From assembly GCF_009914755.1 (NCBI RefSeq), contig NC_060947.1: a stretch of 64,000 nucleotides of DNA; one strand, given 5' to 3'. Positions 1 to 10,289 of this stretch are shown in pieces; within the stretch, counting starts at the first letter, position 1; each line of letters starts with the position of its first letter. The notes under the pieces are model-generated. The model made no database searches, was not told the origin of the DNA, and saw nothing but the letters and a program-made list of their open reading frames with translations. The stretch comes from the human T2T-CHM13v2.0 reference genome, Homo sapiens. The translations under genes were made by a program, and so were the position numbers.

Positions 1-900
1 CCCGGCTAGTCTTTGGCCGCCGCCGAACCCCGCGCGCCACTCGCTCGCTCAGAGGGAGGAGAAAGTGGCGAGTTCCGGATCCCTGCCTAGCGCGGCCCAA
101 CCTTTACTCCAGAGATCATGGCTGCCGAGGATGTGGTGGCGACTGGCGCCGACCCAAGCGATCTGGAGAGCGGCGGGCTGCTGCATGAGATTTTCACGTC
201 GCCGCTCAACCTGCTGCTGCTTGGCCTCTGCATCTTCCTGCTCTACAAGATCGTGCGCGGGGACCAGCCGGCGGCCAGCGGCGACAGCGACGACGACGAG
301 CCGCCCCCTCTGCCCCGCCTCAAGCGGCGCGACTTCACCCCCGCCGAGCTGCGGCGCTTCGACGGCGTCCAGGACCCGCGCATACTCATGGCCATCAACG
401 GCAAGGTGTTCGATGTGACCAAAGGCCGCAAATTCTACGGGCCCGGTACGCGGCCGGCGAGGGGGGCTTGGAGACAAAAGAAGGGGGCCCCGGCACGGGG
501 CTGGGCGGGAGAGAGGCGAGGCGGGAGCGGGGCGCCCCTGAGTGGAGGGAGGAATGGCGGCGAGCTAGGGTAGGCGGGTAGGCGGGCAGGCGGAGAGCCG
601 GGAGGCTCCCGGGGCGGGCAGGGAACAAGAGGCGCTCTAGAGGGGCTGCGGGCCAGTCAGGGACGCGGATCCCCGGCCCGCGCTGACAGCGCTGGGAGGG
701 GGTTAGAGAAAGAAGGCTGAGGCGCTTAAGCCGGGGGTGGGTGGGACCACGAAGCTCGAAGGCGTTGAGGGGGGACACATCAAAGCCCAGGCTGTTGGGG
801 TAGTTTTCGAAGGTCCTGGGCTTGGGGATTCCTGGAAGGAGGAGGGGGTAGTGTCGGGTTCTAGGAAGGAAATGAGGGTGTTCCGAGGGAGGCATGGGGG
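1..900. promoter_or_regulatory. PGRMC1: CpG island covering PGRMC1 promoter, exon 1 and start of intron 1
   Basis: Very GC/CpG-rich sequence around the ATG at 118, with G-runs in intron 1. Confidence 0.85.
118..445 (+). CDS. PGRMC1: PGRMC1 coding exon 1 (TM helix, proline-rich segment, start of cytochrome b5-like domain)
   Basis: [20 protein letters not shown]...[15 protein letters not shown]...KGRKFYGP matches PGRMC1; donor CCG|gtacgc at 445/446; 328 nt, phase 1. Confidence 0.98.
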
Positions 901-1039
901 AGGGCGAGAGTGAGAAAAGGTCCAGACCTAGAGAAGACGGGAAGGCCAATGACACCGGGAGTAGGTTTGAAATATGAGGGTGTGGGAGAAAACGCCGAGA
1001 CGGGATTAGCAGCAGGTAAAAGCTTTGTGCCCGGTGGAT

Positions 1040-1210
1040 AGTGATGTGTGTGTGCACTCGTGGTGTGTGCATGCGCGGTGTGTGCGTGTTTAGTGTATGT
1101 GATTTATCAGGGGTGTGTGTGTGTGGTGTGTGCATGCGCGCTTGAAATGGGTCATGCGTCAGGTATGTGTGTGGCATGTGTTTGGTCTGTGTGCGCTTGT
1201 GCTGTGTGTG
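1040..1210. repeat. Degenerate (TG)n-rich simple repeat
   Basis: gtgtgtgtgcactcgtggtgtgtgcatgcgcggtgtgtgcgtg... Confidence 0.8.
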
Positions 1211-1544
1211 GCAGATGGGGAAAGGCTGGAAGGTGAACAAGGAGGAAGGGGGCTGTTTGAGGGAGGAATAAAGGCTGAATATGGTGGACAATGGTAACGT
1301 GGCAAGCTTTTAAGGTAATATGGTATTTAGTCTATAGCAGGAGAGAAAGGATTAGAAGCCAAGAAAAATTAAAATGGAGGGAGGGAGAAGTGGGAGGATA
1401 CCAAGAAACAAAAGGAGTAGAGCTAAGAAGACTGCTGGGTGGGGGGATATCAGGAAAAGCCAACCAGAGGGAAATGAAGAATGGATGACTGCTGCACTGC
1501 TGAGCTGTTGGAGAAGGCAGGCCTGATGGGTTCCTTAGAGGCGA

Positions 1545-1712
1545 GGTTTTTGCAAACCTGGTTGCGTATCAGAATCACCTGATGCATCTGAGGAAAAATA
1601 CAGATTCCCAGTCTAACCGCCAGAGCTGCAAATGAGTCTCGGGTGGTCCGGGAGTCTGTATTTTAATATGCTTCCCAGGCGAATTTGAAAAGCAGCCAGG
1701 CTTGCAAAGTCC
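1545..1712. mobile_element. MER5-type hAT-Charlie DNA transposon remnant
   Basis: MER5-like motifs atcagaatcacctg...aaaatacagattccc...gagtctgtattttaa...ttcccagg. Confidence 0.55.
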
Positions 1713-1969
1713 TGCTTTATAGAATACTTGGAGATGAGGAAGAAGAGGTTTTGGCTCCTCCAATATGGACTCCTCTAAACACAGGGAGCTTAGAGGATGT
1801 CCACATGGACGGTGCTCATTCCACACTGGCCTGAGAGAGGGAAGAGTACAGAAGGCAGTACACAAACTCAGGCATTCATTTTAGTCTCCCAGTCCAACTG
1901 ATCAAAATCAGATGTGTTAAGGTTAAGGAGCTCAGTTTTTTCTTGCAGACATTTATTTATTATAAAAAA

Positions 1970-2108
1970 TAAATTTTATTTATTTTTTAGAGACAGGGTC
2001 TCCCTCCTGTGTTGCCCAGGCTGGTCTCGAACTCCTGGGCGCAAGCAGTCCTTCCACCTCCATTTCCCAAAGTGCTGGGATTACAGGCATGAGCCACTGC
2101 ACCGGGCC
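1970..2108 (-). mobile_element. Alu monomer (FLAM-like)
   Basis: Single arm: T-tract, gagacagggtctc...cccaaagtgctgggattacaggcatgagccactgcaccggg. Confidence 0.85.
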
Positions 2109-2329
2109 TGTGGATATTTTAGAATACCTGCTTTCTATAGGCATGTAACTGTCAAAATCATTTGAAAACCACATACATTATTTGTCACTTAGAGTAGCAC
2201 ACATAGTTGCTTTATCAATAAACATAATCATGTAAATACCTGTTAATATTGAGCTCAATATTAAAGGAGTGAAAACATGTGCATGAGGCATCATCATGAC
2301 TGTAGTTTGCAGAGTCATTGAGAGGATGT

Positions 2330-2460
2330 CAGCCTGTGCACAGAGCACAAAACTGGGAGTCAGGCAACCTGCGTTCTAGTCCTGATTGGGTCATGACTAG
2401 CTGTGTGACCTTGTGCAAAGCATTGTTCTCTCAGAGCCTTAGTTTTCCCTCTGAAAAGTG
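2330..2460 (+). mobile_element. MIR fragment
   Basis: ctgggagtcagg...ttctagtcctg...actagctgtgtgaccttg...cttagttttcc. Confidence 0.6.
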
Positions 2461-2760
2461 ATAAAGATGGCCTATTGTGAGATCTCTGTCTCTATCTTGC
2501 ACTGTCATTCAGTGAGCCCATGACTACGTGACATCTTGGTAGAAAGTGATGCTTCATGTTGTAAAGGATTCCTAAAAATTAGTCATTCTAGTGCCTGTTA
2601 ATTCTGTGCAAGGCACTGTTGTAGATGTGGGAATATAGCAGTGAGCAAAACAGACACAAATCTCTGCCTATGGAGCTTACGTTCTAGTGAATATATGTTG
2701 CACTGAATAATATGTATTTTTAAAAGACTTTTAATGTTCCCACTAGAGAACATTTAATTG

Positions 2761-2822
2761 TTTAAATGTTTAAATATTCTATGAGGTTTAAATATTCTAT
2801 GTTTAAATATTCTATGAGGTTT
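2761..2822. repeat. Short tandem repeat, unit gtttaaatattctat(gag), ~3.5 copies
   Basis: tttaaat gtttaaatattctatgag gtttaaatattctat gtttaaatattctatgag gttt. Confidence 0.85.
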
Positions 2823-4062
2823 GCTTGGTAAAGACTCACTCTACCAAGCCAATGACCATAATTTCTGAAATGGTAAGGTTCAAACCATTGCATTTGCCTA
2901 TTCTCAAGCACTAGGTGCTGCCATTTCCACTAGGGGTGTACATTTATGAAAAATGTGGGCTTTTTTTTACCTTCTTTAGTGAATGTGGCAGCATGTAATG
3001 ATGATTAAAAATAAGCATTTTTCTTTGGAATTTTACTTGCATTTAAAAGTTGTAAAATTTGTAAAAAATTTCTGAGTGTATTGAGGTTTCAGGTGACCAG
3101 GCCATATTGAAACTTGATCTATTCTCATACTTGGTTCCCTACAAACATTTTAATGTCAGGGCTGCTATTCAATCTGCCTTGGGGGAAACAACACATTGTT
3201 TAAAGTACACTGGATTCTCTTCATTTAGTTGTGCAATATTTAAATAAGTCTAAATATCCACTTTGTGTACCCACAGAATGATTCTCTGCTCTCTTAGACA
3301 AAAGTTCAGTATAATATCACAAATAATCACATTTTATAGAGTTGTTTTATAGAGTTGTTTTGCAGTATTGATTCAGCCTCTTTTCCATGAAAATTTTAGT
3401 ATTTTCACAGTCTTCTCAAGCCCACCAAAAAACAGATAATGAAGACTGATCTCTGTGTTATCTATTTATTGACAGTGAAGGTTATGTAATGTGGATAGAT
3501 TTTTAAACCACCGATACTGTTATAAAATGGTTCTTCTGCAGATGCCATGAGTTAATGTTTAATTGAGCCTTGGAACCAAAGATCTCTATAAGATACCTTT
3601 GTTTCATTAAAACATATCAGAATATATTCATAAGGAAATGTGTTTTCATGTACACATCAGTGCTTATTATCTTAAGAAACCATAACTCTCACTGGTGTAG
3701 CCCCAAGTGCCTAGAACTGTCAGGCTCCCAGTTCAATGTTCTTGTATGATTCCCTACTACCACTACCCCAAGAGATCACTAACCACGTATGACTTTTTTA
3801 CTAGCTATTTGGAAACCACAGGAGACTGACGCAAATGTATAGCAGTTTGATTTACTTTTAGTTATTTAAAAGTTAAATGACAACAGGTCTTTCTGTGTCT
3901 CCTACATAATGTTCAGAATATCAGCATTACTATGGTTTCCTAATGGAATTTGATATTCAAAAATGGGGCTATGTTGATGAATAGGGAAGCCATTTTCTGT
4001 GTATAAATCACAGAGAAATTGACTGTCTAATAAAGAATTGATCTTTGGTTTTGTTTTTGAAG

Positions 4063-4218
4063 AGGGGCCGTATGGGGTCTTTGCTGGAAGAGATGCATCC
4101 AGGGGCCTTGCCACATTTTGCCTGGATAAGGAAGCACTGAAGGATGAGTACGATGACCTTTCTGACCTCACTGCTGCCCAGCAGGAGACTCTGAGTGACT
4201 GGGAGTCTCAGTTCACTT
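4063..4218 (+). CDS. PGRMC1: PGRMC1 coding exon 2 (contains heme ligand Tyr113)
   Basis: Acceptor ttgtttttgaag|AG; encodes (E)[51 protein letters not shown]; donor T|gtaagc; 156 nt. Confidence 0.98.
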
Positions 4219-6904
4219 GTAAGCATTTTTAAAATTGTGTCTGGGTCAAATTTCTACCAGTAATGGGGATTCGTGGCAGGACAATAGTTATTACTAAGCA
4301 GCCTGAAACTTGGGTGCATTTTGATAGGCTCCTTAATCTTGGACGCATCAAGTTCATGGCTTGAAGTAATTGTAGCAGTGCTGAGTCACTTGCTATGATT
4401 GCATACCAATTTTTAGCCAGTTCTCTATGGAAACTTGGGTTTCTGGTTTTGATTTTAAAATTTTTGAGAGATTTGCTAGATTCCAAATGAGGATTTGGTG
4501 CTTGGTGTGTCAGGGAAAGGACAGTGTCCATCTTGGCTACAGAAAGGGATTTTCATAAGCCCTCTCTTGTAGAGCTTGCCGTTTAAAAGCAGCCCACATC
4601 TCTGTTGAAGAATGGGAGACTTGTATTCTGTGAAACAGCTTCTCTTTGAATCTAATTGAACCTAACTATAGGCCTCATCTACAAATGATGCTTATAATGT
4701 GCCCAGCAGCAATGGTGTCTGCATTTTTAAAAAGAAAGTAAAAAGGAGATGCTTGTTTCTGGCTTATGCTATGGGCTGAGGTCTTTGGGGAGAAATAGGA
4801 ATGAGGGGTTAAGTTCAGATTTTGAGAATTCAGGAATTGGTTTCTGTCAAATCTAACTGTTTAATTGTCACTCTAGCAATATTTCACTGCCAAGAATTTG
4901 AATAAGAGTCTTTCCCAGCTTTTATGAAACAGTATATAAAGACCATGAGCATTATTTGAAGATTTTTCATTTAAAATGTAGTTTTCTATGTGTGTTCTCT
5001 ATAATCAGTTAAATATTACATGTTCTCTTGGCTATATCCAACCATTTTCTTTGAAAATAATGCTGACTTCAGAGAGAGTTCTGGATTAATAATTAGCCAG
5101 ATGTGTCTCTGCCTTTGAGTTTTGGTCTCAAGCAGGCTACATATAACTTCCAAGTCTAGAGGCAAGTTTTTATACTTTGGAAAACATAGTTCAGTTACCT
5201 AATAGAGTCCCTAATTTTTGGCATCATAAGGATGCCTTTGTAATTAGTTTTCTATATGAAACCAGTGAATTGTAGTGTCTAACTTACAAAGCTCTATTTT
5301 CTAGGGCTTGCCTTCATCAGTGGGAGAAAAAGTGTGATTTTTTTTTTCCACTTTAAGGCTAGCCCCAGATGCTGTTGTGACACCTCAGCTACACTTAAAG
5401 TTGGTGTGGATTCCCCTTAAGGCAGGTTTCCCAGGAGCCACCTGGCTTTTATTTGTCTCACACAGTTCCAATTGTTCCCAACGGTTATTTCACACAAAAG
5501 CAGCTTTAGTTACCTGGTTAGACAGGTTGGTTACTCCTCTAATTCCTACTCATATTCAGGAAGAGGAGACTCTTGGCTTTGGACATTCAGATGATCGACC
5601 CTGCATTAGTTTGGCTACAGTGATGAGGTGGTTTGCTGATGCCATCTCTTCTCAAGTCTTTTGCATTCTGGTTTGCACCCTTACATCTGTTTTCTCCAAC
5701 ACCTCCAGTCATCTCCTGGCTCCTTTACCACTTCCTTTAACCACCCATAGGTTTTTCTCTGTGCTGGGAAAAACGTTCTGTCTCTTGCTCTCCTCTTCAT
5801 CTATGAGACTATTATTCCTTCCTTTCACTGTCAAACAAACTTCTTACAAGTTTTTATTCCTAACCACTACTTCATTTCCTCTCTATACCTTCTTCCTCCC
5901 TACAATATGGCTTCTATCCCCACAATTGGATTGAACTCTCTTTCTGAAAGATTTTCAGGGAAACCTTTTTTTTTTTTCTTGCCAATCCTGACTTCACTTG
6001 TCCATTCCATGTTTTAGATCTCCTGTCATGTGAGCCTCCAGAATGGCTCCCTCCACAGAGTTCCCATTTTGGTCCATGGGAGCTCCAATTTTCACTTAAT
6101 TAATTCATGCTTCCAGTTTTCTTTCAAAGTACTTCTCATCTGTCCCTTTCCATTCCCCTGGACACCACCCTGCTCCTGGCGCTGGTTCCTTTGCATCTGG
6201 ATCTGCACTCTGCCTCTGGATCGCCCTGTTCCCAGTCTCTCCTTACTGAAATCTGCCCTATACACCACATTGATAATATCGTTGTTAAAGCACTATTTTA
6301 CTGTGTCATTCCTTCGCTTATAAACCTTCAGTGCCCTTTGCCACCTATAAGTCCAAACTCAGGCTGGCTTTTCAGATCTTTCATAATATTTCCCCACACT
6401 ACTTAGCCAATCTTATCTCCTACTAACTTCTAAATGTTAACTCTACTCCTGCCAACTTGGTCTCTTCATTGCTTCCCAGATACGTTGTCTCACCTGTATG
6501 CATTTGTACATGGCGTTTGCATTTTCTGGAACTCCCTCCCTAAATCCTTCTATACATTTTTCCAAAATATATCCTCCTTCCATGAAGTATTCTGTAACCC
6601 TTCTGATGAACTCATCACTTGCCCTTGTTCTTCTAAACATTCCTTACACACAAACAATTCATTTTGACGTTACCTTGCACACTCATTGCCAGACGTTGCC
6701 ACCTGTTTTATATGTCTGTCTTCTGAACAAAACAAATTCCCTGTTGGCAAGGACGGTGGTATAAACCACCTTTGTATCCTTCAAGAAGCCCAACACATTG
6801 CTGAGTATATTGCAGGCCTCTAATAAATGCTTTAAATTGAAACGTGGTAATGATGTTTTAGAAAGAATGAGAATGACCATTTGTGTTTTCTTCTCTACCT
6901 CCAG

Positions 6905-7008
6905 TCAAGTATCATCACGTGGGCAAACTGCTGAAGGAGGGGGAGGAGCCCACTGTGTACTCAGATGAGGAAGAACCAAAAGATGAGAGTGCCCGGAAAA
7001 ATGATTAA
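6905..7008 (+). CDS. PGRMC1: PGRMC1 coding exon 3
   Basis: Acceptor ttctctacctccag|TC; encodes (F)[33 protein letters not shown]; 328+156+104=588 nt = 195 aa + stop. Confidence 0.98.
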
Positions 7009-8220
7009 AGCATTCAGTGGAAGTATATCTATTTTTGTATTTTGCAAAATCATTTGTAACAGTCCACTCTGTCTTTAAAACATAGTGATTACAATATTTA
7101 GAAAGTTTTGAGCACTTGCTATAAGTTTTTTAATTAACATCACTAGTGACACTAATAAAATTAACTTCTTAGAATGCATGATGTGTTTGTGTGTCACAAA
7201 TCCAGAAAGTGAACTGCAGTGCTGTAATACACATGTTAATACTGTTTTTCTTCTATCTGTAGTTAGTACAGGATGAATTTAAATGTGTTTTTCCTGAGAG
7301 ACAAGGAAGACTTGGGTATTTCCCAAAACAGGTAAAAATCTTAAATGTGCACCAAGAGCAAAGGATCAACTTTTAGTCATGATGTTCTGTAAAGACAACA
7401 AATCCCTTTTTTTTTCTCAATTGACTTAACTGCATGATTTCTGTTTTATCTACCTCTAAAGCAAATCTGCAGTGTTCCAAAGACTTTGGTATGGATTAAG
7501 CGCTGTCCAGTAACAAAATGAAATCTCAAAACAGAGCTCAGCTGCAAAAAAGCATATTTTCTGTGTTTCTGGACTGCACTGTTGTCCTTGCCCTCACATA
7601 GACACTCAGACACCCTCACAAACACAGTAGTCTATAGTTAGGATTAAAATAGGATCTGAACATTCAAAAGAAAGCTTTGGAAAAAAAGAGCTGGCTGGCC
7701 TAAAAACCTAAATATATGATGAAGATTGTAGGACTGTCTTCCCAAGCCCCATGTTCATGGTGGGGCAATGGTTATTTGGTTATTTTACTCAATTGGTTAC
7801 TCTCATTTGAAATGAGGGAGGGACATACAGAATAGGAACAGGTGTTTGCTCTCCTAAGAGCCTTCATGCACACCCCTGAACCACGAGGAAACAGTACAGT
7901 CGCTAGTCAAGTGGTTTTTAAAGTAAAGTATATTCATAAGGTAACAGTTATTCTGTTGTTATAAAACTATACCCACTGCAAAAGTAGTAGTCAAGTGTCT
8001 AGGTCTTTGATATTGCTCTTTTGGTTAACACTAAGCTTAAGTAGACTATACAGTTGTATGAATTTGTAAAAGTATATGAACACCTAGTGAGATTTCAAAC
8101 TTGTAATTGTGGTTAAATAGTCATTGTATTTTCTTGTGAACTGTGTTTTATGATTTTACCTCAAATCAGAAAACAAAATGATGTGCTTTGGTCAGTTAAT
8201 AAAAATGGTTTTACCCACTA
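7009..8220 (+). other. PGRMC1: PGRMC1 3' UTR
   Basis: Repeat-free AT-rich sequence from the stop to just past AATAAA 8198-8203, followed by GT/T-rich downstream sequence. Confidence 0.8.
8198..8203 (+). terminator. PGRMC1: Polyadenylation signal (distal/main) of PGRMC1
   Basis: AATAAA followed ~20 nt later by tagtgtggtg...tttttt. Confidence 0.75.
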
Positions 8221-9055
8221 TAGTGTGGTGACTTATTTAAATTTTTTTAAAAACCTTATTCTAGGGAATCTGATTCAGACATTTTACTTTGGCTTAAAAT
8301 TCAGTTTCATTTTTGAGTGCAGAGTTTTTGTATTCCAAAAGAAACAAGGGGCAAAATTTCATGGAGACCCCACACCAAAAACCAAATACCAGCTTGTCCT
8401 GTTTAAGAAATAGTGAATTGAATTGCTTTTTTTGTGACTTGTCAAAGTTTTGCCTAAATCAGAACTTTCTAAACTGTAAATGGCAGACCTCCACCTTGAA
8501 GTCTATAGCAAGGTTCTTAAGAAGTAAGGTTACTGAAGGCATTGTCATTGCCAAGTGCTAAGGAAGGGTTTGGGTTTTTTTGTGTTAATGTATTGTCTGA
8601 TCAGGAAAGTATCAGGAATCCTTACAGTAGCAAAGTTAATTCACCTCGTGTCAAAAGAAGCATAACAGATTTGCATATGCAGTCAGTTGTATAAACAAAG
8701 ACAACCTATTAGTGTTTTGTCATTTTAATGTTAACATTGGCAGAGTTTTCTTATAAGAGATATACTTCCTGAACCAAAGAAATTTCCATTTTTCATGTTA
8801 TCAAACCACATTGCAGGTACTTGTGAGTTTTTTTTAATGTGCTCTTTTTTTTTCCCACTTGGTTTCATTCACCAAATGTTTGAGTGCCTGTTTTGTGCCA
8901 TGTAACCTGTTATGCCTTATGCTTTGGAGAAGGAGTGGGGGAGAGAAGTTGGGCCCACCTTCGCAGCCTGAAATCTCATGTGCATGTGAAGATTAGGCTA
9001 CTCATTTTGCAAAGTTAAACAGGCTTGTCTGCTGCCAAGAGGAAAATATCCAGAG

Positions 9056-9277
9056 CAAGCTTGTCCAACCCATGGCCCACGGGCTGCATGCGGCCCAGGA
9101 AAGCTTTGAATGTAGCTCAACACAAATTTGTAAACTTTCTTAAAACATGAGGTTTTTTTTGCAATTTTTTTTTTTTTTTTAGCTCATCAGCTCTCGTTAG
9201 TGTTAGTGTATTTTATGTGTGGCCTAAGACAGTTCTTCCAATGTGGCCCAGGGAAGCGAAGAGATTAGGCACCCCTG
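9056..9277 (-). mobile_element. MER30 hAT-Charlie MITE, full length
   Basis: Ends caagcttgtccaa ... gattaggcacccctg; internal ctcatcagct...gttagtgttagtgtattttatgtgtggcc; degenerate 8-bp TSD atccagag/atttagag. Confidence 0.85.
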
Positions 9278-10289
9278 ATTTAGAGCCTCACTAAAGTTTC
9301 ACTCCCAATAACCTGATTCTCTTCCATTCAGAGCTGAATCAACATTGTGTTGGTTACTTGGAAAGGAATATTGCTGTAAGGCAGGACTTTGATCTAAAAA
9401 CTTCTCAAATCCAGCTAGCATATACATAAGCCATATTCATGTAAAAGGCACCATTCAAGAAGATGGTGGTGTCGGGGGGAGGGGGGGTAGTTGTTACAAC
9501 CACCACATGTCCAGTGAAGGAGGGAGGTGTTAGGTTAACATCTGGCTTGCTCCCCACCTGCTGTCATCCTACCAGCTGCAGAGACAGTTTGTTCTCAACT
9601 AGCGTCTGTGGTTCATAAGCAGCATTTACTACGTGTTTTCAGTATCTGCATATCTGGCTTCCCTGCATAATGTAACATTCACCTTACTTCAGAGGGCCAA
9701 ATTTATGCAAATCCTAGATCAAGAACAAGCATCAATACATTTCTTGCTGTTTCAGAAAGAGCTCTTTGAACCTGACGGACGCTTTCAGCTCTAAAGTGCC
9801 CAGATTTTACTCCAAGGTAGTCTGCCTTTGTTATGATACTTAGAGGCAGTTTGCTGTATATTTCACATGAAAATACAGTTAACTCTTGAATGGTCAAAGA
9901 CTGATTATTGAGGCCCCTACCTTCTCTGACTAGACTGTCCATCCCAAACCCATAATTGTTTTTGCACATTGTATAACTTGAACACTTCCACCCAGGGCTG
10001 AAGGAATTAGGTGAAATTCCATGGAGTCAATTTTGCTACCTCTTATTAGCACTGATAAAATGTGCTAAAGGGAGGATCATCTTAAATCTAAATAACATTA
10101 TTTCGGTTTGTCCAAAATGAAAATAAAACTATGGTCTTTAGTCCCATGAACTCTGACAATGTCAGTTTCCACAAAATGGGAAAAGTTGCATAGAAATGAT
10201 ATTAAAATTAGGCATCTATATTTCCACAGAAAATGTTATTGTGGATGTGCAACATGCTAGCCAATACATGTGATAAATGAACAAAGAAT

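Noticed and set aside
446-573. C-terminal part of the 151-aa ORF 118..573
   Set aside because: Read-through into intron 1; the PGRMC1 match continues in exon 2
395-1291. 298-aa minus-strand ORF
   Set aside because: Open because of the (TG)n repeat and GC-rich intron (HT repeats, Pro/Leu-rich); antisense to PGRMC1; no recognisable domain
2761-2822. Repeat array as CRISPR-like
   Set aside because: Adjacent units without unique spacers, in a mammalian intron with no cas genes
5377-6764. Hydrophobic 77-185 aa ORFs in PGRMC1 intron 2
   Set aside because: Pyrimidine-rich old repeat-like (L2-like) intronic DNA; no exon boundaries or homology
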